NCBI GenBank assembly: GCA_041641295.1
Contig: JBEPYO010000001.1
Location: 256,001-320,000, forward strand
Direction of reading: 5' to 3'
Length of the DNA: 64,000 bases
Source of the DNA: Nitrososphaerota archaeon
Lineage (GTDB): Archaea; Thermoproteota; Nitrososphaeria_A; Caldarchaeales; Calditenuaceae
Below the pieces are notes generated by a model that had not been told where the DNA came from, searched no databases, and saw nothing but the letters and a program-made list of their open reading frames with translations. Numbering within the stretch: the stretch's first letter is position 1; each line of letters opens with the position of its first letter. Positions 56,693-64,000 of the stretch are shown here, one piece after another. The position numbers and the translations under genes were made by a program.

Positions 56693-58432
56693 CTACCTTT
56701 GGCGGACGTTAGCTAAGTGCATGGCTAGGCGCTCACCTATTCGGTCAATCTGCGTCAGACAATTCTGTAGGAGGGGCCTGTATATGTCGAGCGCAGCGGA
56801 GAGGGCTACTTCAAGCTGAACCTCACCCCTCTCTACACTCTTCATAAACCCCTCCACAATCCTCCGGGTCTCAGGTGTGACGAGTCTCTCATCCACCTGT
56901 TTCAGGGTCTCGATTAGGGCCTCTCCCAGCCCTGTGGGCTTAAGACTTTTCTTCTCTCTTACTACGAATCCTCTCTCGACGAGTAGGGACGGGTATAGGG
57001 GCCGCGTAGCGTCGGTGCCTAGCTCGTTAGACTCCATTATCCTCAGGAGGTCGCTCTCCGACAGCCGTGAGGGCGGGCGGGTCTCATCCTCAACCAATCG
57101 GGCTTCGACCACCTCAACCACCGCTCCTACCGGGAGCTTAGGGAGCGGTTCTTCACGGGGCTTAAAATAGGGGAAGACAGTGTAGAAGCCTGCTGACTCC
57201 AGATATCTTCCCGCTGCCCTCAACTCTACGCCGCCCACCTTGACCACGGCACTTTGCCGGACGACTAAAGCATCATCGGTGAAGGCGTTTGCAACGAATC
57301 TCCTCGCAAAATACTCCCACACAGCCCTTTCAACGCCTCCACCAGTGTAGGTGCCCGTGGGGTAAATGGGAGGATGAGCACCATCGCTCAGCTTACCGTT
57401 TCTAGGCCTAGGCTCCGCGCGAAGCTCAACACCAGCCAGCACTCCTGAATCCATGACGGTCTTCAGACGTTTCTTAAAGTCGAAACCGTCCGGATACTTG
57501 TTGGTCTCCGTCCGGGGATAAGAGAGGTAGCCCGACTGATAGAGCTGCTCCATGATTCTCATAAGGCTGTATGAAGACCTCCCCGTGATTTTTACCAACT
57601 CACGGAGAGAATCATCTGTCCTAGCGGGTAATGGCCGCGCCACCCTAACCCTCTCCTCACTGTACTCCAAAACCTCTCCGAGATTAGCCGATGAGACATC
57701 CCTGATGAGGCTCTCTGCAAGAGCCTTGTCCCAAACCTCGTCGCTACTAGCCTTGAAGACCACATCCCCATATTTCAGGATACACGCCACGTACCAGTAC
57801 TTCCTAGGCTTGAACCCGCGAATCAGCTGCTCCCTATCAACTACGAACTTTAGGCAGGGGGATTGTACCGGCCCCCAACTAATCACGCCTGAGCCATTTA
57901 CTCTACGCCGGGCAGATAGTGTTAGTAGGCGGGTAAAGGCTGCGCCGGTGATGAGGTCGAAGGTCCTCCGTAGCTGCGCCTTGTATACCCAGCCCCAGTT
58001 GAGGTCGCTTTCCAGATTCTGCCAAGCCCTGATTATCTCGTCTTCTTCAAGTGAGTTGAATCTCATTCTCCTGAATTCTGCCTTTTCTCCCCGGATGCTC
58101 CGGTAGAGGATCACCAGCTCGTATCCGATCAACTCGCCTTCGTGGTCATTATCCGTCGCCACAACCATCAATCCTTCGCGGAGATTTGAGAAGGCCCGAA
58201 CTACACGACTATAAGCATATTTGTCAGATACGACCAGCCTAGTGTTCTCGGGTCTGAAAAGCTCTAACAAGTCGGAGAGACGCCACCTCGCATACCTCTC
58301 GACTAGGTCGCAGTCCATTAGGTGGCCGCTGACGCTAGTTACTGTAACTGACTCCCGCGCATATTTCTTTAGGACCCTGTAAATCGCCTCTGCAACCGAC
58401 TTCTTCTCGGCCACCACCACGTAGCGGGGCAT
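56693..58432 (-). CDS. topA: Type IA DNA topoisomerase lacking C-terminal Zn ribbons
   Basis: AEKKS.A, GHL, ATD.D.EGE.I, G.VQSP, catalytic SYPRT, AHPPI.P and GT.ATR. Confidence 0.93.
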   Translation of the reverse strand: MPRYVVVAEKKSVAEAIYRVLKKYARESVTVTSVSGHLMDCDLVERYARWRLSDLLELFRPENTRLVVSDKYAYSRVVRAFSNLREGLMVVATDNDHEGELIGYELVILYRSIRGEKAEFRRMRFNSLEEDEIIRAWQNLESDLNWGWVYKAQLRRTFDLITGAAFTRLLTLSARRRVNGSGVISWGPVQSPCLKFVVDREQLIRGFKPRKYWYVACILKYGDVVFKASSDEVWDKALAESLIRDVSSANLGEVLEYSEERVRVARPLPARTDDSLRELVKITGRSSYSLMRIMEQLYQSGYLSYPRTETNKYPDGFDFKKRLKTVMDSGVLAGVELRAEPRPRNGKLSDGAHPPIYPTGTYTGGGVERAVWEYFARRFVANAFTDDALVVRQSAVVKVGGVELRAAGRYLESAGFYTVFPYFKPREEPLPKLPVGAVVEVVEARLVEDETRPPSRLSESDLLRIMESNELGTDATRPLYPSLLVERGFVVREKKSLKPTGLGEALIETLKQVDERLVTPETRRIVEGFMKSVERGEVQLEVALSAALDIYRPLLQNCLTQIDRIGERLAMHLANVRQR

Positions 58433-58519
58433 GATGCTAAACAGTGGAGTGGCCCCTCGCTATTAACCCCTTCAGTCCTTCCAAGTAGATAAGACGCCCC
58501 TCAGTAGTGTTAGAGAGGA

Positions 58520-58954
58520 TTGTGTGGCGCGGGACACTGCATTGCATTCATCGACGGGGCTTCCAGCGGCAATCCCGGACCCTCTGCGTACGCCTACTTG
58601 ATCATGCGGGGGGAGAGTGTCTTGAGGGGGGCCGGGTATCTAGGCCAAGGCACAAACAATTACGCCGAGTATCAGGCGCTTCTCCACTGTCTGAGACGGG
58701 CAATCAGACTGGGATGCAAGTCAATCAGAGTGTATAGCGATAGTCAGCTGCTCGTGAGGCAGATTCTGGGCGAGTATAGGGTCAGAGACCCGCGGCTAAA
58801 GCGGCTAAGAGAAGAGGCATTGGAGCTCATAAGCCGCTTCCAATCCTTCGAGATAAAACACATACCGCGGGAGCTGAACCCGGATGCAAATAGGCTGGCT
58901 GCCAAGGTCCTATCTAAGATTCTGAGGGAGAAAGAAGATAGAGTAGATGGATGA
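58520..58954 (+). CDS. Ribonuclease HI family protein
   Basis: DGAS.GNPG, TNN.AEY, SDSQL and HIPRE.N..A..LA. Confidence 0.9.
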   Translation: MCGAGHCIAFIDGASSGNPGPSAYAYLIMRGESVLRGAGYLGQGTNNYAEYQALLHCLRRAIRLGCKSIRVYSDSQLLVRQILGEYRVRDPRLKRLREEALELISRFQSFEIKHIPRELNPDANRLAAKVLSKILREKEDRVDG

Positions 58955-58987
58955 GGTAGAAATATAGCACCATTAAATCATCAAATC

Positions 58988-59374
58988 GTGATGAAGTATA
59001 TCATCGGAGCCACTGATGTCAAGATAATATCCCTCGGCCTCTCACTGTATAGAGAACTCCTCCTCGAGACTGCACGCCGATTCCTATCGGGATACAACGT
59101 GAGTTATGAGGTGAAGGAAGCTATACATATGGAGGTTGAAGCGTTGGAGAACCTTCTTAACAATATGAGACCTGAGACGGAGTTCGTACTGCAAAATCCC
59201 GATGAGGCGACAAAGCAGGTCTTGCTGAGCGGCTGTAAAGTCTTCGCCGCAGTCTTCGAGGTAGTCAAGGCTAGACTAGCCCAGAGGGGTGTGAGAACCG
59301 ACATAAAGGAGCTAGATTATGTCGAGAAGCGGCTTAAGGATTTGTTGGAGTCGCCTATTCTCTCAGAGTCTTAG
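58988..59374 (+). CDS. Hypothetical helical protein
   Basis: 128-aa ORF filling the gap. No motif recognised. Confidence 0.65.
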   Translation: MMKYIIGATDVKIISLGLSLYRELLLETARRFLSGYNVSYEVKEAIHMEVEALENLLNNMRPETEFVLQNPDEATKQVLLSGCKVFAAVFEVVKARLAQRGVRTDIKELDYVEKRLKDLLESPILSES

Positions 59375-59380
59375 AAGTGT

Positions 59381-60403
59381 CTATCCACCCAGAGTGTGCA
59401 TGGGCCTGATGTGCTGGGGCAGCTCACCAGTTTTTAGCAACGTTTCCACTCCTCTAAACTTACGGCTGAAGGCCCATTTTATGAACTCGCTTATCTCTTC
59501 GTCGGGGGCTCCGGACCTTAGCAGCGGCTTAAGGTCGTATTCGTCCCTGCTAAACATGCATGGCACGAGTTTCCCATCGGCTTTAACCCGCACCCTGTCA
59601 CAATCGGAGCAGAAGGGCTCTGAGATGGAGGATACCAGGCCAATCTCCCCCACTTGGGAATCCTTGAAGCCATAGTATCGGGTTGTTGAGCCATGCTCCC
59701 TAGGCTTGGGGTAAAGTTGATATCGCGTAGATAGAATTTCAAGTATCTCGGACGCCCTCACCACTCTCTCAATATTCCATAGCCTCTCTCCATCGAAAGG
59801 CATAAACTCGATAAACTTGACCGTAATTCCAGTCCTCCTAGAAAGCTCTGCAAAGTCGAAAAGCTCATCATCATTGCAGCCCTTGACCACGACGGCGTTA
59901 ATCTTTACCCTCAGCCCCACATCTCTCGCGGCAGCTATGCCCTCAACGACCTTATCGAAGACGCCCCTGACTCCCACGATTTCCTCGAACCTTTCCGGCT
60001 TGAGGCTGTGGAGGCTGACCGTCACTCCCCTCAGCCCCGCCTCCGCTAGCGCATTTGCAAAAGACTTTAGGTGGAAGCCGTTCGTCGTCATAGTGATCTC
60101 CTCGATTCCTGGGATTGAGGCTATAGCCTTGACTAGCTTCTCCACTCCTCTTCTGACAAGGGGCTCTCCACCGGTTAGCCTGACGCGAGACACGCCCATG
60201 GATGCAAGAATCTTCACCACGCGGGCGAGCTCCTCAAAACTTAGCACTTCGTCTCTGGGTATCCAGACAGGCTCCTTAGGCATGCAGAAGTTACACCTGA
60301 AGTTACACCTATCAGTTACTGAGAGTCTAAGCTTCTTGGCTACGCGCCCATATCTGTCAACCAGCTTACTCAACAGGCTACATTCCGCGTATTGAGTAGT
60401 CAA
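59381..60403 (-). CDS. moaA: GTP 3',8-cyclase MoaA
   Basis: LRLSVTDRCNFRC.FCMP, TGGEP, FC..C.R......G...PC and C-terminal GG. Confidence 0.96.
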   Translation of the reverse strand: MTTQYAECSLLSKLVDRYGRVAKKLRLSVTDRCNFRCNFCMPKEPVWIPRDEVLSFEELARVVKILASMGVSRVRLTGGEPLVRRGVEKLVKAIASIPGIEEITMTTNGFHLKSFANALAEAGLRGVTVSLHSLKPERFEEIVGVRGVFDKVVEGIAAARDVGLRVKINAVVVKGCNDDELFDFAELSRRTGITVKFIEFMPFDGERLWNIERVVRASEILEILSTRYQLYPKPREHGSTTRYYGFKDSQVGEIGLVSSISEPFCSDCDRVRVKADGKLVPCMFSRDEYDLKPLLRSGAPDEEISEFIKWAFSRKFRGVETLLKTGELPQHIRPMHTLGG

Positions 60404-60537
60404 CTTATATAAACCTCACACTTCTAGCCATTCAGGGTTGGGGTCCTAACGGAAACAATCAAGCCAAATGGGTTCACCGGTTATGGTGAGATAGATTTAA
60501 ACGATGCCTTTGGAGCTTATAAACGTAGGTGGTGTGA

Positions 60538-61266
60538 TTGGCTGCTCTTGGGATGGCTGGAGCATATGACAGGGCGATTACTGTCTTCTCGCCTCAAGGC
60601 CGCCTATACCAAGTAGAGTATGCTCTTGAGACCGTCAAGTCAGGCTCAACAGCCGTTGGGATCTGTGTGAATGAGGGCGTGGTCCTCGCCGTAGAGGAGA
60701 GGGCCTACAGCAAACTTCAGAACCCGAACTACACGCAGAAGCTCTTCCAGATTGACGAGCACATAGGTGCTGCGAGTTCTGGGCTGATCTCGGATGCGCG
60801 GATTCTTGTTGATAGTGCGCGGGTCTACGCCCAGATATACAGGCTAACATATGATGAGCCTCCAAGCGTTGAGGCTATAGCTAAGAGGGTGGGTGATACT
60901 ATGCAGCTTTATACCCAGCATGCCGGCGTGAGACCCTTCGGAGTCGCCTTCCTGATAGGTGGTGTAGGAAGCGACGGGGCTAGTCTCTTCTACACGGAGC
61001 CAAGCGGCGTCGTTATGAAGTATGGCGGCTGGTCAATAGGTAGGGGTAGCGAGAAGGTGAAGGAGATTCTAGAGAACCTCTACGACCCCAATATGACACT
61101 CGAAGAGGCTAAGCTGTTGTGTGTGAAGGCGCTTGTCCAGAGTATTGAGAAGACTGACGAGAGATGGTCAGCTAAAATAGTCGTGATACCGACCAGCACG
61201 CGGCTCTATACGCCCCTGAGCCAAGAAGAGGTCAACAGGCTGGTAGAACAGGCCCTCAAAGGGTAG
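60538..61266 (+). CDS. psmA: Proteasome alpha subunit
   Basis: YDRAITVFSP.GRLYQVEYA and RPFGV. Confidence 0.97.
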   Translation: MAALGMAGAYDRAITVFSPQGRLYQVEYALETVKSGSTAVGICVNEGVVLAVEERAYSKLQNPNYTQKLFQIDEHIGAASSGLISDARILVDSARVYAQIYRLTYDEPPSVEAIAKRVGDTMQLYTQHAGVRPFGVAFLIGGVGSDGASLFYTEPSGVVMKYGGWSIGRGSEKVKEILENLYDPNMTLEEAKLLCVKALVQSIEKTDERWSAKIVVIPTSTRLYTPLSQEEVNRLVEQALKG

Positions 61267-61317
61267 GGGTAGCCAAGAATATAAATAACATTCCCCATAA
61301 ATGTAGTTGATAAAACG

Positions 61318-62016
61318 TTGAGCAAGCGATATACCGTTGCGAGGATATCCAAGAGTGGTAACACCTTTGAGGTATTAGTTGACCCTGAGGCAGCATTAAG
61401 GGTAAAGATGGGTGAAAATCTTCCCCCCTCCAAGTTCTTGGTGTATGAAGAGGTTTACAGAGACTCGAAAAAGGGTATTAGAGCCAACGCAAACGAGCTC
61501 ATGAAGTCCTTCGGAACCACCAACATCCAAGAAATAGCATTGAAGATAGTTAGGGAAGGTGATCTGCAGATAACAGCCGAGCAGAGGAGAAGGTTGATTG
61601 AGGAGAAGAAGCGGCAGATCATCGATTTTCTTAGCAAACACGCAATAGACCCTAGAACTAACACTCCTATCCCGCCCCAGAGGCTTGAACTCTCACTTGA
61701 GGAGGCTGGGGTATCGATTGATCCTTTCCTTGACGCTAAGAAGCAGGTGCCGAAGGTTTTGGAGAAGCTGAGGATGGTTCTGCCCATAAAGGTGGGCCTT
61801 TCTACATTCGCGATACGGGTGCCAAACGATGCTCAGCCCGCTGTCTATAGACACTTGAAGCCCTTGGGCAAGGTTCTGAAAGAGGAGTGGGGACAGGATG
61901 GCTGGTGGAGATGCGAGTTAGAAGCGCCTGCGGGGATGATCACAGATTTGGTGGAACTGGTGAACAGATATACCGCTGGGAGGGGCGAGGTAAAGCCCAT
62001 AGGTGAGGCCAAATGA
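61318..62016 (+). CDS. Ribosome assembly factor SBDS
   Basis: FE.LVDP, G..Q.TAEQR and DPRT..P.PP.R. Confidence 0.95.
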   Translation: MSKRYTVARISKSGNTFEVLVDPEAALRVKMGENLPPSKFLVYEEVYRDSKKGIRANANELMKSFGTTNIQEIALKIVREGDLQITAEQRRRLIEEKKRQIIDFLSKHAIDPRTNTPIPPQRLELSLEEAGVSIDPFLDAKKQVPKVLEKLRMVLPIKVGLSTFAIRVPNDAQPAVYRHLKPLGKVLKEEWGQDGWWRCELEAPAGMITDLVELVNRYTAGRGEVKPIGEAK

Positions 62017-62687
62017 GCATATATGTCCGTGAAAGAGAGATTGTTACGCCAGGACAGCTACTGTCAGATGAGCCGCGCTCAGCAGGGGCCTATACATACG
62101 TTTACAACGGAAAAGTGTACGCAGCTGTCGCCGGAATCATACAGTTCAGGGACTCGAAAGTAAACATTCTACCGGCAAAGGCACCATATAAGCCGAGCGA
62201 GTCAGACACCATAGTAGGTATAATAACCGACTTAAAGCCGAGCCACTATGAAGTGGACTTGGGCTGGCACCTAGTAGGCTTCCTTCACACCGCGGGGAGG
62301 AGGGCGCGGACACGCCTCCAGATCGGCGACGTCATATACACCCGTGTCAAATACTCGGGGGTCAGGGGCGTGTTCCTAGAGGGGGGACGCGAGTTAGTGA
62401 AGATTGACCGAGGCCTCTTGATGCGTGTCAGCCCTGTCAAGATCCCCCGCATCATAGGCAAGAAAGGCAGCATGCTCCAAGTTTTGAGCAGCGAGTCAGG
62501 CTGCAGACTCTACGTTGGTAGGAACGGGCTAATAGCGATCGTTGGTGATAGTCCCGAGAAGGAGTTTGCCGTCGCCTCGGCAATCAAGATGATTGAGAGT
62601 GAGAGCCACCTCCCCGGCCTCACGGAGCGTGTCACGCACCATATAAGAAAGAAGATTATTGGTGGTGAGGTTGTTGGAGAAGGTTGA
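62013..62687 (+). CDS. rrp4: Exosome RNA-binding subunit Rrp4
   Basis: V.PG, S1 domain, KH motif P.K.PR.IGKKGSM and G.NG. Confidence 0.94.
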   Translation: MSIYVREREIVTPGQLLSDEPRSAGAYTYVYNGKVYAAVAGIIQFRDSKVNILPAKAPYKPSESDTIVGIITDLKPSHYEVDLGWHLVGFLHTAGRRARTRLQIGDVIYTRVKYSGVRGVFLEGGRELVKIDRGLLMRVSPVKIPRIIGKKGSMLQVLSSESGCRLYVGRNGLIAIVGDSPEKEFAVASAIKMIESESHLPGLTERVTHHIRKKIIGGEVVGEG

Positions 62688-63411
62688 ACATAGACTAATC
62701 ACGGAGGATGGTAGGAGGATAGACGGCCGAGCATTAGACGAGATGAGGCCAGTCCGCATCGAGGCGGGAGTACTGGACAGGAGCGACGGCTCAGCCTACA
62801 TCGAGATGGGTAAGACCAAGATATACGCGGCCGTGTATGGACCGAAAGAAGCCCACCCGCGACACCTAGCACAACCACACAAGGCAATACTCAACTGCCG
62901 ATACCACATGGCCGCCTTCAGCGTTGAAGGTAGAAAAGCGCCGGGAATGACGAGGAGAGAGATAGAGCTGAGTAAAGTCATACGTGAGGCCTTGGAGAGT
63001 ATAGTGATTCTTGAGGAGTTCCCACGATCAGCGATCGACATATTCATAGAGGTTATACAGGCTGATGCAGGAACGAGGACCGCAGGCCTCACAGCCGCCT
63101 CACTAGCCTTGGCCGACGCAGGGATACCAATCCTCGACCTCTGCGCCGGGATAGCCGTAGGCAAGGTGGAGGGCAGGATTGTTTTGGACCCAAGTGAGGA
63201 GGAAGACAAGAAGGGTGAGGCGGATATGCCAGTGGCCATGGCTCCTCGGCTTGGATCGATAGTGCTACTACAGCTTAACGGAAGGATGACCAGCTCAGAG
63301 TTCATGGAGGCCTTAAACTTGGCCAAAAAAGGGATCGGGGTACTCTATGAGCTTCAGAGAAAGGCGTTAGGGAAGAAGTTTACAACCTTCACGCCGATTG
63401 GGGAGGAGTGA
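62659..63411 (+). CDS. rrp41: Exosome catalytic subunit Rrp41
   Basis: R.DGR...E.R, DGSAY, YGP.E.HP, RRE.E.S, ADAGTR and DMP. The start may be a few codons downstream. Confidence 0.96.
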   Translation: MVVRLLEKVEHRLITEDGRRIDGRALDEMRPVRIEAGVLDRSDGSAYIEMGKTKIYAAVYGPKEAHPRHLAQPHKAILNCRYHMAAFSVEGRKAPGMTRREIELSKVIREALESIVILEEFPRSAIDIFIEVIQADAGTRTAGLTAASLALADAGIPILDLCAGIAVGKVEGRIVLDPSEEEDKKGEADMPVAMAPRLGSIVLLQLNGRMTSSEFMEALNLAKKGIGVLYELQRKALGKKFTTFTPIGEE

Positions 63412-63417
63412 TTAGAC

Positions 63418-64000
63418 ATGTATAGGATTGGTGAAAAACCCTACCCCACCAAGATAATGCATGACAAGCTATACGAGCTCATTATTAGGGGGGAGAGGCT
63501 GGATGGTCGAGGCCCATACCAGTACCGCCCACTCGAGCTCAAGACATCAATCATAGAGAAGGCTGACGGCTCCGCCATGGTAAACCTAGGCGGGACAAAG
63601 ATCATAGCAGGGGTGAAAACGGCCCTCGGTCAGCCTTACCCTGATACTCCAGACCAAGCCAACATAGTTGTCAACGCAGAGCTCCTCCCGCTCGCGTCAA
63701 GCTTCTTCGAGCCGGGGCCGCCGGATGAGAAGGCGATAGAGCTTGCACGCGTTGTTGACAGGTGTATTAGAGAGTCTAAGATGCTGGAGCTCGATAAGCT
63801 CGTCTACATACCGGGTAGAAGCGTTTTAGTGATATACATAGATGTGTACGTGCTCGACTATGATGGTAACTATTTCGACCCGTCAGTCCTAGCTAGTGTA
63901 GCGGCCTTGGCTACAGCCAAGATTCCACTGTACGAGGTCAAGAATGGCGATGTTGTCATGAATCCCGATATACGCACGAGCCTACCGATCCGGAAGTTCC
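63418..64000 (+). CDS. rrp42: Exosome subunit Rrp42, 3'-partial, not in the ORF track
   Basis: Hand translation: ...GERLDGR...YRP...IEKADGSA...PYPDTP...FEPGPPDE.AIELARVVDR...VLDYDGN. Confidence 0.95.
   Translation, partial: MYRIGEKPYPTKIMHDKLYELIIRGERLDGRGPYQYRPLELKTSIIEKADGSAMVNLGGTKIIAGVKTALGQPYPDTPDQANIVVNAELLPLASSFFEPGPPDEKAIELARVVDRCIRESKMLELDKLVYIPGRSVLVIYIDVYVLDYDGNYFDPSVLASVAALATAKIPLYEVKNGDVVMNPDIRTSLPIRKF

Noticed and set aside
1145-63326. Numerous antisense and alternate-frame ORFs in the track (e.g. 16550-17110, 57552-58106, 59817-60395)
   Set aside because: They are shadows of well-supported genes and show no motifs.
1-64000. CRISPR arrays, transposases, integrases, inteins and rRNA
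   Set aside because: No spaced repeats or recognisable motifs were seen, and DP2 and the other proteins are of normal length.
60538-64000. psmA-SBDS-rrp4-rrp41-rrp42 cluster
   Set aside because: This is the well-known conserved archaeal superoperon.

Overview
This is a compact, gene-dense chromosomal segment from a TACK archaeon, most likely Aigarchaeota/Caldarchaeales. That placement is an inference from the co-occurrence of PolD DP2, Elf1, FtsZ, SmAP3, GGGP synthase, archaeal MAT, class I CCA enzyme and the psmA-SBDS-exosome operon. Most of the window is housekeeping: metG, valS, ftsZ, cca, nep1, elp3, nucS, mat, DP2, guaB-purA, truD, topA, moaA, psmA and rrp4/41/42. The ORF track misses several elements: a CdrS-like ribbon-helix-helix gene overlapping ftsZ, a box C/D sRNA downstream of valS, initiator tRNA-Met, an intron-containing tRNA-Gly(CCC) with an aberrant anticodon loop (G32-C33), a 49-aa membrane protein, a probable CTG start for nep1, and the partial rrp42. 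The most interesting system is an operon pairing an Fgd-like F420-dependent glucose-6-phosphate dehydrogenase with a long-chain NADP-type Gnd, an ArsC/Spx-like protein and a degenerate LarA-like protein. The Fgd homolog shows an apparent Glu/His swap at two active-site positions, and a cyclase-family hydrolase (divergent) and cofE lie nearby. Together these suggest an F420-linked oxidative pentose phosphate pathway in an archaeon. No CRISPR array, transposase or integrase was seen. All family calls come from motif recognition and recalled sequences; no database search was run.
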